DNA of 64,000 bases from Camelus ferus (GCF_009834535.1 NC_045697.1:76882001-76946000); one strand, 5' to 3'. Positions 37,951 through 52,250 are shown, numbered from the stretch's first letter. The notes: generated by a model from the sequence alone, not told the origin. Translations and numbers: made by a program.

Positions 37951-38884
37951 ACAACTTTATTGGTTGTTCTAATACAAAACCACAGACTTGCCTTTTTTCT
38001 TTTTTTTCATATAAACCATCATTTTAATTGAGTGTTAAGCTTTATTACCAGAAAAGGAAATGGAAGCTTCCAGGGGTCTCTACTCATGGTCAAAGTCATG
38101 AAAAAATGACATCGAGTTTCTAGCATTACAAAGCAAATATCAAATCTAAACCTGGGTTTTTATGCAGCTAGTACATTTTAATCTGAAAATTGGGGCTTTG
38201 AGAATGAATCTTCACCACTTAATGAATATTCCATGAAGTAATCATTATTAACCAACTTTAACTAGTTTATGTTAGTGTAGGTCCAGGGGAATCTTGTCTA
38301 ATTAAACCACCAGATTGGGTGAATATACATTATTCCAGTAAGAGTTCTTCATACAAAATATATAATTGTGATTATACCTTAAAAACATGTGACTTTTTTT
38401 CTCCTCATACTTTTTAAGATTAAATATTTCCCTGCTGGTACATAAAGTCAATTTACCCAAGTATTCACAAATGTTATTTATTTGTTTATCCCATTATATT
38501 TAATTTTTACAAATAATCAGTCTCAATTTTTTTGAGAATAAAATACTTCAACATCCATTGAACTTGTAGCCATTCAATAGGTAGATCTAAAGCCACACAA
38601 AATGCCATGGTAAAGCTAAAAGTTCAGGTCAAACCTGTCTAATGAAGACCCACAGATGTGCAGCTGCATTTAATAAGTTTTTTCCTTCATCCTTCTATGG
38701 GGCCCACGGTATCAGCATTTTATAACTCATTTTAAATTATTTTTACCTTATATTTCATGACTACCAAATGTCTTTTCCAGCAAGAGTCAATCCCTATATT
38801 GAAAATGTTGTTTGATAGAACTGCATTAGAGAATAGTATAACAGATCACAAACATTTGAAAAGTTCTACTAATTGTCATACAGC

Positions 38885-39160
38885 CATTCATCTATTCAAC
38901 ATTTATTAGACACCTGCCAGGGCCATCCACTGAAACTACAAATATAAAATATATAGCCCTGTCCTCAAGGAGTTCGCACAGAATCTAGAGAAGGGACTTG
39001 ACTCATCAGAGAAGATGATCCAGGGAAAGTGCTGATAATTAATGCTTCTCCCAGAGACGAGGAAGGGTCAATAAATACAGGCTGAAGTGAAAAAAATAAA
39101 AGTAAAAATGGGAAAGTTCCTATAAATAAAGTGTTGAGTGAATTAAGATAGACTGAGAAT
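38885..39160 (-). mobile_element. L2 fragment
   Basis: 'cattcatctattcaacatttattagacacctgccagggc...ccctgtcctcaaggagttcgcacagaatctag'. Confidence 0.7.
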
Positions 39161-39162
39161 GG

Positions 39163-39562
39163 TACAGTGGGTTGAATTGTGGCCCCCAAGTCCTAACCCT
39201 AGTACCCATGAATGAGACTTTGTTTGGAAAAAAAGATCTTTGCAGCTGTAATTAATGAAGAGTCTCAAAAGCATCCTGGATTAACCAAGTGGGCTCTAAG
39301 TTTAATGACAAGTGTCTTTATAGTAAGAGGAGAAGGCCATGTGAAGACAGCCAGAGACTGGAGTTATTCTGCCACAAGCCAGGAAACACCTAGAAGCTGG
39401 AAAAGGCAAAGTAGGATTTTCCCTCAGAGTTCAGAGGCAGCATTGCCCTGCTGACACCTAGATTTTGGATTGCTGTCCTCCAGAATTATGAGGGAATAAA
39501 TTTCTGTTTTCAGCTGTCAAGTTTGCAGTAACTTGCAACAAGAGCCCTGGGAAATCAGTACA
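39163..39562 (+). mobile_element. MaLR solo LTR (MLT1C-like)
   Basis: 'gtgggttgaattgtggcccccaa...gccacaagccaggaaacacctagaagctggaaaaggc...gaataaatttctgtttt...gaaatcagtaca'. Confidence 0.85.
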
Positions 39563-40929
39563 GGTTGGGTATCTGTAGTTGGATTTCCTGGTCTGAGAAC
39601 AAATAACAGACACAAATATGCAGACAAACAAAATCAAGTTCCCAAATTGGAAAATAACATTCTCCTTCATAATGACAAGAGATGGGAAGGAGAGGGGTCC
39701 ACATCGTCCTGAATCAGAAGCCCCATCTGTCACTGTCTCACTATGTCACTTGGACACATTCCTCTCAGAGCTTCGATTTCATTGTCTGTAGAGTGAGTGA
39801 GATGGAGGTAAAAATTGTTAAGGTTTAAAAATGTAGTGTAAATAAAACTTGAAAAACAGCCTGGAGAACCACTCACCCATCACAGCACTTGGGGGTTGCC
39901 GGTAAAAATGTACACTCAAAAACATTAAACAGAGGGTCTTGTGTTATTCCAGGGACCACAGTAGGCTGCAAAGCTCTATTCCCGCAGGGTTCCTCCAGGA
40001 CTGGCCCTCATCTCCAGACCCTGCTCCTCCATTTTGATGCTGAACCTTTAGGCCCAGTGGCGCGGGCACCACCTGCCATCCATACAGCCGACACTCTTCC
40101 CAGCCAGGACGAATCCCAGGCCAAGTTTATCTTGTGAGTTAACAGGAGGCGACAAGCCTGGCAGGACATGAATTCTCCCTGCATGATTGATTCAGCCTGG
40201 CCGGCCAGCTCCATGCTAATGAGGATGTGCCAGAGCCCACAACAAAAACAGTTTTGAATAATTTAAAACTTTAGAGCATGATTTGCCAGATAATGGGATT
40301 CATTGTGTAATTATGGCCCCAATTAAATCTGCTTCTGGGGGTGCCCTCCTCAACAAACATCAGTGACTACAAGCTGCCCGTTATCAAAATTAACCATATA
40401 AACAAGGCAAAAGAGCAGAGACATGTTAATCTTGTGAGGCAAGACTCGGTGGGTAAAGCTGACCTGAGCTATCATGAACCACTGCTTCCTAAAGAACTGA
40501 GTAGTGTTTCAAAGGTAGTGCTTTAAAATGGGTAAATGAATTAAACACAAGCAAAATATCTATTTTTGTCCATTATACTAGGCTTAATATAGACTGATCT
40601 TACAATTTCTGGGGACCTAACTTCTTGCCCTAATTCAGTTATCTATTTAAATAAGTTTCTTTTTACCATTCTGGCAGTTTATGTTCCCTCCTTATACATC
40701 CCCATGCCAGTGATTCAAATACAGTATAACAAATTCAAATACCTGAAACATTCCTTAAAAGAGGGAATTGTCAAGTACCTTTTTCCCAAGGAAATGAAAT
40801 TCCAAAACTTTCTCAACTACGTTAGGTAAGGGTTAACTTAACAATGGGCCCACGAGCTGTTGTTGTTTTAGCCTGAATATTGCGGAATTAAGGGGGAAAA
40901 TAACAATAACCAGAACTTTCCACTTAGAC

Positions 40930-41140
40930 AGAGCATCGTGCTGTAGAAAGAACACTGAACTAAATGTGGTGCCAATCAATTCAGATTGACATTTGACCTT
41001 GTATTTGTTAACTATGTTGTGGCTGTGACAAACGAATCTCTCTAGGCCTCAGTTTCTTCACCTCAAAAAATAGATTTTATAATACCTAGCCAACCTTTGA
41101 GCTTCAAATCTAATGGAATATTATATAGAGCTTTCCATAA
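40930..41140 (+). mobile_element. MIR SINE
   Basis: 'gagcatcgtgctgtagaaagaacactgaac...tctctctaggcctcagtttcttcacctcaaaaaat'. Confidence 0.65.
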
Positions 41141-42634
41141 CAACAGGCCTTAATAGGAGACAGTAGGGGGTCACTCAAGCAGGTAACATTAAGAAATATA
41201 CTTAATGAAGCAATATCAGACTTTCATTTTTTAAAAGGTGAGGGGAAAGTTGTCTGAAAATGTTTTTCCAAGTTTTGTCTGCCACTGAGGAAGAATTCAG
41301 AAAATCATATCCCCACTTCCTGATCTGAAGGCACAGCAAGTCATCTGCCACTAATGACAAGAGGACCTTCAAGGTGACAGTCACCACCTGTGTCCCACTC
41401 TATTAAATCAACATCTCTGAGATTCTTCTGAACTGGCAAGAGCTGCACATCCTCTACTGAGTCACAGACAGCCTCCCAAGCAACCTGCCTGAACTGTCCT
41501 CGCCTCCCCGCCCGCTGCACCTGACACAGCAACTGTTTGGGCAGCTCCCACAAGAGCTGCTGATTTCAAAGCCTGTCCCGTCCAACTATGCATGTCCATC
41601 CCATCCTGTGACACACAGTCATCTGAGACCCCAGATACGCATTCATGATCCTAAACATTTGCTCCTCACTTCAATTTCTCTGAATTTCAGAAACCAAACT
41701 CCCTGTTAGAAACGTCCCCAGCTAGGGTAAAGAAAGGTAGCTTCCATGTGAGTATGTAGTAATTTTATCTCAATTTGTTTCACAAATCTCATTCTTTGAA
41801 ATAACCAGTCACAAAAGCATTTAACCAACACTTTCTGTGCTATAAACCTATAAATGTATTTTTTTCAGATCTTCCACAAAACCAAATTTTAAGTTTTAAA
41901 GTTGTATTTTTGTTAATTCAGTCTTCTTTAGAGTTTGGAAACTTGGAAACTTACTAGAAAAGTTTATCAGACTGTTGCTTTATTTTTAAATAGAGGTCTA
42001 GAAAGTTCTCTGTATGTTTCTTATTATTTAATCAACAATTAAAAGTTAATGACAAAATGCATTGCATCTGAAATCAAAAGGGATTTTCCATGAGCAATGA
42101 CTGTAAAATCAGCCCATTATGAAGAGATTTACATACTTTAATTATTGTGTTCCAAGGCTTCTGTCAAACAGATGCTGCAATGCAGTAAGCACCATGCAGT
42201 TTTAGTAAAATGTGAACTTTCTGTGCTTAGTGCATGTTGTTAGAAGGATAAACATGTTAAGATAGGAACATGCCTTGTTAGAGTGAGGCCTTCACTTTGG
42301 TGCAAATGTTTAATATCTTACTCTCAAAATTTATTTAGAGAGAAATGTAGGAAGATTAAAATATAGATAAGTTGATTGTAGATCTCAAGTTAATTAGTAA
42401 ATACCCACAAATGACCATAACATTAGATCTCTAGCAACAATGCCAAAGCGACCTCAAAATACAAAGCTAAATTATGAGATAAATTTAACTTTGAAGCCCG
42501 AATAAGGAGTCAAATGCATAAGTGTTCAGCCTTTTACTACTCTAGCTCTGATGACCAGATATAAAGAAAAACCAGAATGACAGTAAAATGTAACCATACT
42601 TTTTTTTCACATATTTAAATTATATGGAAAAAGC

Positions 42635-42775
42635 ATGCTGGTCAAGTTACTTAACCTCTCTTTGCTTCAGTCTTCTTATCTGTGAAATGGGGCTAATAGT
42701 AGTACTTATTGCACAGAATTACAATTAAACAAGCTAACACATGACAAGTACTTAGAACAGAGCCTGGCACAGATG
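42635..42775 (+). mobile_element. MIR SINE
   Basis: 'ggtcaagttacttaacctctctttgcttcagtcttcttatctgtgaaatggggctaatagtagtac...cttagaacagagcctggcaca'. Confidence 0.85.
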
Positions 42776-45700
42776 GTGATGGTGATGATTACATATAAGG
42801 CTTTCAGAATTCAGAGATTCTTTTAAAAATCTCTTATATTAAGAAGGTTTCCACTTCCACTGAGAAGTTTGTAAAACTTTTACAAACTTTAAATTTCTAT
42901 TTTTGAAGTTTAAAGATCCCTTTGAAATAATGTCATAAATGGCCACAATTTCAGAAAATAAAAGCAGTCTTTGCAAATTACTTAAATTTTCAATGAAAAA
43001 ATTAAAAGCTGGTTGTCTAATTTTTTAGTGTTTGTAAAAATGCTACTAAAATAATACTTTGATACACATGGTCGTAACATTTCTAGAAATTTTTTTCACA
43101 AGGAAAGAGAACCAAACATGTATTATCATAACTCCCAACGTTAATATCATCATGCAATACAAGTTTCCATAAAGGTCTTTCCAAAGGTCTGTATTGAAGG
43201 ATGCAAGTTCTGTACATTAGGAATCACTTCCTCATTGAGTTCCAGGCCATTAAATCACAACAATCTTGGAAATAAATCCTTAAATCTTTTCACCAGCCCA
43301 CCAAGTTTTTGCCAGCCCCTCTAACTTTATATTAATCCTTTGTTTCTTGAATTTTGTATGTGTTTGGGGGTAGGAGTCGGGGACAGAATCTCTTTAAGAA
43401 CCTAACAAAAATTATAAAACTTCTCCCCAGAAAATTAGCATACACATATCATTTTACATTCAAATTCCAGGGGCTTCACAGACCAGAGTTCCATCCATAA
43501 AACTCCCTACTCCAAATGGTGACTGTTTGATTTCACCATGAAATTAAATAAATTTAATAATTCATAAAAACATCACTTACCCAAATGAAATATAGATTAT
43601 ATTAAATAATATAAATGTAATCTCTATAGAGAGAGATTATATTATTACCTATATTAAAATACTGTGATCTATATTTTGAAAGTAAAAATTAATTGCTAAT
43701 TGTTCAAACAGGATGCACCGTACTACTTTCAAGGTGGCTTGCTATTGTTTTAAATTATTTGTATAAAGTACAGAGCAGGATGTATGGGCAAGAGGGTAAG
43801 TTTTGTTCAACACAAACAAAAGGAACCCGAAAGAGTGAACTACGGCATGATTATAGTGATCCCAACAGCCATATATAATAGTGTTTGAATAAAGATGGCT
43901 TTCATTTAAAAAAAAATCAATATAACTGTTTAAAAATAAAACATTTGATAAACAAGGTAAAAGATTGGGCAATGTTTTTGGTGCATAGGTGCTATGGCAT
44001 TTTTCCAACATTCTAACAGAGTGCTAAAGCACTAAGAATGCCCAGGTAATAGCTGAAAACAAAACTCATTTAGATAGCCCTATGTAAACTTTATAAAAAC
44101 TTTCCTATTAAGCAAAACTGAGATTCTAGAGATTTAGAGTTCCCTCACTTCATGGGCAAGTGACTAAAGTCACACACAACATAAGGCCATTGGAATCAGA
44201 AGCAGATTTAGAGCCCTGGTGCCTACCCCAGCAGGTGTTAGGATAAATTGCAAACTGGCAGCCTGAGAACTTTTTGTACTATAATACAGAAAAGGTTTCC
44301 TATTAGCCCTTCAAGCTTCAAGCTGCTTTTCTGAGAACAATAGAGGTCACAGCATTAAAAAAAAAACCAGAACCAGCCTAGCTTTATCAAAATCCTTTTT
44401 GTCCCCATTTCACTGTTCATTATACTGCAACCTTTTTACATGGTGTCAGGAATATTTAAAACAAGGATTGGCCTAGTTACTTTCATTACATGCAACTGTT
44501 AAAACCATCATGTATTAATCTTGTAGGACTATTAACCCAAGTAATATGGTGAGAGAGGGAGAAGCGCCTCACCACTCCCATACCTGCAAACATATTACAG
44601 GAGACTTTAAAATAAATTAACCAGACCAGATTGTTCTCCATTCCCCCGCATCCTGATCATACAATATCAAGGACTCTGATCCTTTGCACCCATACCCACC
44701 TGCCATAAATCTAGAAAGGAGAGAAAGAGAAGAGAATGTAAGGCAAGAGTGAGAGAGAAAAACTGATGAAGTTTGTACCAGTACCAAATGCTGAACAGAA
44801 GTCAAGCTCCAAGGTTTCCACTCATCAACCACATCTCAAGTCCCAGAAGCAAAGAACAACCATTTGTTTGGTAATTAGTGGGACAAATGCAAAGACTTTT
44901 ATTTCATTTTGCAGGCCTCACTTTTCTGTGCTTTTCTCTTTCTTTTTGCCCTACTCCAAGTGATTTCAAGTCTTATAGGTCACTTTAAGGGTGGCTCAGA
45001 GATACAGCAAGCACAGTTTTTCATCTTTATATTGATGAACTGTATGAGGCATTTCAGATTCTCTAGAGCATCTCAAAAACATGTGAAACTCTAGTGTGAA
45101 AAATAGTATGCACTTTAAAGCATTCTTTGTTGCTAGAAATAAATGCTGAGCCTAAAAGCAAAAAACTTCAAGAAGGGCACAACACATGCCGGTCTGCACA
45201 TCTCGCTTGCTGTTTTTTAATAAGACAGTGAGAAAATTCAGAATAGCATTGTGATTTAGTGTCCAAGCTGAAAAGATGAAGATTATATTAATTTTTAAAC
45301 TTTAAGTATTTATGAAGCCCATATTACTAATACCTTGAAAACACACAGCAGCTTTAAAAAATGACTGAGCTCGGGAAACTCTTTCAAACGTTTTTTCACA
45401 AGTTTCCTTTGAAGCTCATTTCATGAAGAAAATGCTGCTGTCTAAAGTTCTTCAGGTTGGAGAATACAATGTTGTTATTGTCTTGCACCAGAGCTAGGGA
45501 AAGCATATATTAGTTTTTTCAGCTCTAGGTTTCCATGACTGAGCAAGCATATGGCTTTGTTCCAGATAGAAGTTATCAAGGAATTTTGCTTACAAAGAAG
45601 TGTTAAACTCAGTATTTTAATTAATATTCATATTTACTTAAATGAAGCAATGGAGTCTATTGGTGGGGATTAACCCTCTCTCTCATAAACCCAAAATCCT

Positions 45701-46699
45701 CTAGAGAATTCTACTCTGGGAAGAGAGTGAGATGCATTAACACTCCATTAATATCTTCCTTGGAAACATTCTTTTTAACATTTATCTCTTCATCATTTCC
45801 TGAATCTGTAATGAAATGCTTGTGCTGGCATCTAACAAAAGGATTGTGTCCAGAGCCTAATGAAGTGTTAGACACCAAGGTAAGAAGCAAGTCTGGCTGC
45901 ACTGGCTCATAGTGGCGGATACAATGGTACTTTCTAGGCTATATTTAGCTCCACAGTCATGGTCAGTAGCCTTAAGACATAAGGTACGATCTGAAAGAAC
46001 TTCAAGTTCCAAAGCTGCCTGAACAGGCCAATCAGAGTTCTATTTTCTAAGTCATAAGCCAGACACTGAGGTAATTTCCATTTGTACATCCTTTCCTAAA
46101 GAGAGAGACCTCCTGAAAGTGACATTCTGTAATGTCAGAATTTCAAGATGGAAGAGATCTCTCAGGTCACATATAGCAGCTTCCTGTCCTTTTCTTGAAA
46201 CCCTACAATATTCTTGCCAAGGGGTCCTTGTTCAGAGACGAGGAACTCACCACCTCATGAGAAAATTCATTCCTTATTCAAATGGCTCAAACTGTTCCAC
46301 AGTTCTTTCTTTAGTTGAGATTAAATCTTTCTCCCATAAAACCCCATCTCTTGGTCCCGATTCTGCCCTCTGGGGCCCCCAGAAGAAGATGAGTCAGTGG
46401 AAAATCTTCACTGGTATAAACAGATTTGAAATTCAAAGATTTGTAGAGAAAAAGAAAGTGTTATAAACAGTCAAGAATCTTAAGACCAAAGAAAGTCATT
46501 AAAATTAAAATTAAAAGCCATTAAAAAAAAGTATATGTAGCTTTGCTGCTTCCCTAATTATATACTCATAATATAACAGCTTTACTTCTCCTAAGATTAT
46601 TCATATCATAAGACAGTCTAAACTCTAGGAAATATTTGCTTTACTTGGACAAGGCAAACTGAATCTTTGGGCTATCCTAAATCTATGGGCTAAAAATAA

Positions 46700-46900
46700 T
46701 AATCATTTTCTTATATTGAGCATTTGAACATACAAACAACACTGTGCTAAGTGCATTATACAATAGGCCTAAAGAATTATCACTCCCATTTCACAAATGA
46801 GAAAACTAAGAAAGATTAAATAATGTATCCATAGTCACATAGGTACAAAGTAGAGGAGCCACAGGTTCAAATCTAGATCTGTCTAATACCAAACCTAAGT
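46700..46900 (-). mobile_element. MIR SINE
   Basis: 'cactgtgctaagtgcatta...cccatttcacaaatgagaaaactaag...tccatagtcacataggtac...ggttcaaatctagatctgtct'. Confidence 0.75.
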
Positions 46901-46977
46901 TTCTTCTCTCTTGCCTATGATTTAGATAAAGAATTTATATAGCGTTCCTCCACTATAATTAGGAAACACTACAGGTC

Positions 46978-47351
46978 TGTTATGGATTGAATGTTTTGTT
47001 CCCCGCCAAATTCAATACGAAGCTCTAAACCCCAGTGTCGCTGTATTTGGGGATAAGGCCTCTAAGGAAGTAATTAAGGTTAAATAAGGTCATAAGGGTG
47101 GGGCCCTAAACTAATAGTGTTAGTGTCCTTATAAGAAGGGACACCAAAGGGCTCATTCTCTCTCTGTCATCATGTGAGGACACAGCAAGAAGGTGGCTAT
47201 CTGCAAGACAGAAAGACACCACTCATCAGAAACCAACCTGACAAACCTTGATCTGAGACTTCTAGCCTCTAACTGTGAGAAAGTTAATTTATGTTATTTA
47301 AGCCACCCAGTCTATAGTGTTTTGTTACGGCAGCCTAAGCAGATTAACGCA
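46978..47351 (+). mobile_element. MaLR solo LTR (MLT1A-like)
   Basis: TG...CA termini; perfect 5-bp TSD AGGTC at 46973-46977 and 47352-47356; 'gtgaggacacagcaagaaggtggctatctgcaag'. Confidence 0.9.
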
Positions 47352-48659
47352 AGGTCTTTCTTCCATTTGTCATAATCTACCAAATATGTGAGAGAAGAGC
47401 ATCTTTCTCAACAGAACCTTGGTTATTATGCCAGCCTTCAAATGGCTGCGATCTGGTGGAACAAAAGACAGCCACACTGCAGTCTCCTCCCCATGGCCCA
47501 CAAGCTGTCACTTTAGAGAAATCACTTCAATTCTTCATCATTAAGTCTTCTCAGAAAACTGAAAGATTTCACTCCTTTGTCCTATATGTATGAAAACAAA
47601 AAATTTTCTAATCTCTATTCATTTACCCTGATCATTTTTGCATATTGATTCCATTTTCCTCTTTTCTCAAATATTTCTTATGTCTTTGGATTTTTAAGGT
47701 AAAAAAATTGAAGAAACACTTGATATAAATGGTCAAAATTTTCAGAGAGAAAAAGGATCTCTGGCTCCAAAGTTAATTTTGTTTGAGAATGCATGCCATA
47801 CCTCATATTTTATATTATTGCATGATGCCTATAAAAACATCCCAACACAATTTTTAAAAAAGCATCCCAAGAATGTTCTAGTAGATTCAGGAATTCTTGA
47901 AAATGCAAAAAAAAATAAAAAAGCTCACCAAAGACAATGGAGGCCCTTCTGTGGTAACCCTTTCAAGTGGTCCTCTCCAGAAGGGTAGCTCATTCCATAG
48001 TCCAACAAATTACACATGGTTACTACACCCAGGAGACAATAAAACGTAGACTTCTCCACCTGGGGATAATTCTGGGGCCCTCTAAACAAATGTGGGAAGA
48101 AGAACCATTTACATAATGTTTGCTTTCTAGATGTAAATAATCTGCTCCCAGGAGCTGATTTGATTAGAGAATGTTTCTGAAAAGATCCAAAGTCATGTAT
48201 TCAACATCACTGTATGATTTGCAGCCTTTTGTGGCCAAAACTTAGATTCAAAACTGTGTTCATCCATCTCACAAATTCAAACTATTGATGGTCTATGGAA
48301 AGTGATATGAAAAAATAAAGAATGGGCCAATGCAATTTTACCATTGTTACAGGGAAAAACTCTTAAGGGTATGATGCTAGGAAATCACCATAGTTATTTG
48401 TATATACCAAAAAAGGCAAATTTATAAAAATTATTTTCAAAATACTTGAAAGAAAAGAGACACTATAGAAAGAAATTACTGCAGTGGATACCACCTTTTT
48501 TAAATACTAGCATACAAAGTTCTATGTTTCTGTGTGTGTGTACTCTCTCTCTAGATAAACATATTTAACAAACTTTTCCATCCTGTCTTCTTCTCAGTTA
48601 AAGACTCCTCCAGGTTTCTTTACTTCTATTTAGATTAGTAATAAAATTCAAAAAGCCTG

Positions 48660-48890
48660 AATTTGGGATTTTAGGCTAAAAAGTTCAGATATCTACCTTT
48701 GACACTAACCAGGTATAAAACTTAGGACAAGTTACTCAACTTCTCTGTGCCTCAGTTTTCTCACCTGTAAGCCTCTGAAAAGAATATTTGCTTCATAGAA
48801 TTAGTGGGAAAACTAAATGAGTTAATACAGAGAAATATTTTAAATAGTACCTGGCACACTGTAAGAGCTACAGTATTTAGCACTATTAAT
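48660..48890 (+). mobile_element. MIR SINE
   Basis: 'ggacaagttactcaacttctctgtgcctcagttttctcacctgtaa...atagtacctggcacactgtaag'. Confidence 0.8.
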
Positions 48891-49534
48891 TCATACATTT
48901 ACATCATGGCACAGCTTCGAAATGAAGCTACTGTATAATTCCTATATAATTATGTTTTTTCTACCCTCTGTGATTGGCATCTTCATTTGATTATAGTGAT
49001 ATAATGTGGCAAAGCCAACTGCAATGGAGAAATGTGGTCATTTTTCTAAAACCAGCTGAACTCCTTGCCCAAGCTACAGTGGCATGATGCCTTCCCTTTC
49101 ATTCTACAGCAAGTAAAGTACATCAACAGAAGAAAAAATGATATAAGGATTAAAAACATCTTTTCTCCTTCTTCCTACTTAAAATTATATTTGATTAAGC
49201 AGCCCCTGAAGCAGTATTTTCCAACTTCATGATAAAGCATTATGGAGACAGCCTCCCAAAAGGAAAAAAGTCACATAATAAAAAATGAGAGTAATGGGAG
49301 ACCTATGACAAGAACCTGGAATAACTTGCCACTAATTACAAAGCCAATGAAACAAATCAGGAATCACAATCAATAGATCATAACTGCAGCATCAACTCTA
49401 ATGTGGGATTATAGAGCCCATGGTCCTCCCCTACCATCTCTTCTTCAATTCACAAACACAAGAGCTACAACAAAAAAAACTCCTACTTGCTTCTCAAGCC
49501 AGCTAGAATACTGCCCTATCCTGTTCTCTTCTCA

Positions 49535-49591
49535 CTAACTTACCTTCCATAATATACTGAGCTAACTCACCTTCCATAATAGACTGAGCTA
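49535..49591. repeat. 27-bp tandem duplication
   Basis: CTAACTTACCTTCCATAATATACTGAG / CTAACTCACCTTCCATAATAGACTGAG (2 mismatches). Confidence 0.9.
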
Positions 49592-50194
49592 CAAATAATT
49601 GGGCAACAAGATTGGGAACAAGGGGTGCACTATCTCTAAAAGCAATGCACTCCATATTGTAGTTTTTCATGATTCCATTTAGAGAAATGTGGGATGAGGG
49701 GAAAAAACAAGAGAAGACATCATTTTAGCCCAGCTGAGCTCTACTAGATAAAAGTCAATCAGACATGAAAAACTGAGCAAGAAGATATATGTATCAAACT
49801 TCCAGGGAGTTGTAGATTTGAGAGTGGGATCACACCCAAGTGGTCCAAGAATGGGGCCAGAGGCAACTCACTGGCAATCATCAATCATAGGCTGATCTCT
49901 CATCTCAAGACTACACACATTGAAAAACAAACAAACAAAAAATCCAGTATGTAACCTATGGAGAAAGGTACGGCAAAACAAAGCAAGGAGACATCTCAAC
50001 ATATTTACTGTAGGAAATCCTCCATCTGACACAAGATGGCATGCCTTCCATGAAAGAAGAGAAATCCCAAAGAGAATAGGGTGTGATTAAAAGATCATAG
50101 AATGAACTAAAAAGTAATCATGATAAATAGATGAAGATTGTACACATCTGTGTGTGTATGTGTAGAAAGAGAGAAAAAGAGGTTATCTGGTTAA

Positions 50195-50750
50195 TGAATA
50201 TCACACACAACTTTTATTCTTTTTTTCAGTTAACATTAAATGAATGTTTCTCCCACATCAATAAATTCTCTTTCAAAACAGGTTTCTTAAAAGATGTATA
50301 ATATTACACCATGTATGTGTTCTATCATGTATGATTCTCTTACTGTTGGATATTTAGGGGTTTTTTTTATTTTCCAATTTTAAAGCATATTGAGCATCCC
50401 TTGTACTTACAATTTTCATAAGATTTTTGATTATTTCTTTAAGATAAATTTCCACAAGTAAGATTGCTGAATCAATGGATTTTTTTGCCTTTTTAAGTTT
50501 CTTGACACATATTAACAAATTGATTTCAGGAAGTTTATTGCAGTTTGCTCTCCTATCAGCAAGATTTGTGGTTATCCATTTACCAAATCTACTTCAGTCT
50601 TGTATCTACTTTTCAATCTTAAATTTTCATATTTAAAAGTATTATGTTGGATAAAAATGTTCACTAATTAGGTTGGGCACTTGTGCTGAATTTGTCTATT
50701 TGTCATCTTCTGTTAATTGCTTGCAATTGCCACTGCTAGTTTTTCCCTAA
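50195..50750 (-). mobile_element. Old L1 (L1ME-like) 3' region
   Basis: 'ctcttactgttggatatttaggggtt...ttaagataaatttccacaagtaagattgctgaatcaatggat...gacacatattaacaaattgatttcagg'. Confidence 0.7.
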
Positions 50751-50756
50751 GAGTGT

Positions 50757-51682
50757 TGTGAAAAATACAGAAAAAAAATCATTGGTCTCTGCCCCCAGTT
50801 CATGGCACAGACCCCTAAAATCTTTGTGATATCCTAAGTGATAAGGGTATCAGAAGCAACTTTTGTTCTCATAGGTTGTTCTTTGACCCCAGTTCCTGAC
50901 ACAGGGCTCCTGAAACACTTGCAGTTTCCTGGTTGTTTGGAGTGTCTTTTGTTCTAATGAGGCAACGCTGGGTGGGCTCCTGGACAGGAGCTGGTCACTG
51001 GAAAGAACAAGCTTGATTAGGAGCTTGGAATTTTCAGCCTTGCCCCCTGTTCTCTTGAAAAGGGAGGACTGAAAATTGAGTTAATTATTGATCATACCTA
51101 TGTGATGAAGCCTCCATAAAAATCCCAATAGCATGGGGTTCAGAGAGCCTCCAGATTGGTAAGCATATCCACATACCAGGAGGGTAATGCTTCAGGACAG
51201 AAGCTACGTTCAGGACTCTCCCAGACCTATGCCCTATTCATCTGGCTGTTCATCTGTATCCTTTATCCTATCCTTTAATAAACTGGTAAACACACGTGTT
51301 TCCCTGAGTTCTCTGAGCTGCTCTAGCAAATTAATCAAACCTAAAGAGGGGGTCTAGGGAACCTCATATTTACAGCTGATCAGAAGCACTGAAGCACAGG
51401 TGACAATCTGGACTCATGACTGGCATCTGAAGGAGGTACAGTCTCAGAAGACTGAGCCCTTAGCCTGTGGGATCTGACACTATCTCCAGGTAGTTAAGAT
51501 CAGAATAGGGTTAATTTGTAGGACAATCAGCTAGTGTTGCAGAGAATTACTGGGTGGTGTGTGAGGAAAACCCCCACCCATTTGGTGACCAGAAGGGTCA
51601 AAAGTGAAATTTTCTGTGTGATAGTAAAGGAGACACACAGGAGAAAAACACAGGAGGGAAAGACTGTAGGCTTTTTAAAACA
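50757..51682 (+). mobile_element. Solo LTR, MER21-like
   Basis: 'ggtctctgcccccagttcatggcacagacccctaaaa', 'gaagcctccataaaaatccc', 'aataaactggtaaac', 'gactgagcccttagcctgtgggatctgacactatctccaggtag'; TG...CA with TSD AGTGT/GGTGT. Confidence 0.88.
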
Positions 51683-51849
51683 GGTGTTGATATTCTTTTC
51701 AGTTAAAAGAGCTTTTTCAGATTAAGTTTAAAAACCTTAATATTGATGGGATTTTTTTTCTCCCACCAAATATCTGTCCTTTGTCTTTCATTTTATTTGT
51801 GGTATTGTTTTAATAAGTGGTATTTCAAAATTCCATGTTAAAAAACTAA

Positions 51850-52250
51850 CAAAGCAGGAATAAAATAAATTGAGCATAAAGGCAATAAAGAGAAAAATTT
51901 ACACTTCATAAACTATAATCAGTGATATGAAAGAGAAATTTCAGATGTTCTCTATTAATACAGAAGAAAATAAGCAAAGAAAAAAATGAGAGAGAAGATG
52001 ACATGTTTGTAGACAAAAGAATGGAGAGACATCCAATTATTGTGGTATTTCATCAAAGCAGCTGGAATGGAAACAATAATAAAAGACAAATCAAAGAAAA
52101 ACTTTCTTAGACTGAAACAAATCACAGATATTCAAATGAATGGGCGCACCACATTTCCAGGAAAATCTATGGAAAGAGACCAATGCTAAAAAACATACTG
52201 ACAAATATTTCAATCACAAGAAGAAGGAAAATATTCACTAAGCATTCAAA
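51850..52250 (+). mobile_element. Degenerate L1/HAL1 ORF1-like fragment
   Basis: A-rich 'aataataaaagacaaatcaaagaaaaactttcttagactgaaa...attcaaatgaatgggcgcaccacatttccaggaaaat...aacatactgacaaatatt' resembles the ORF1 'IIEENFPEL...QIERAHR' region; related A-rich sequence probably at ~49.3-50.1 kb. Confidence 0.55.

Noticed and set aside
43610..43646. Near-palindrome TAATCTCT...AGAGATTA
   Set aside because: Short AT-rich low-complexity inverted repeat; too weak for a miRNA or MITE call.
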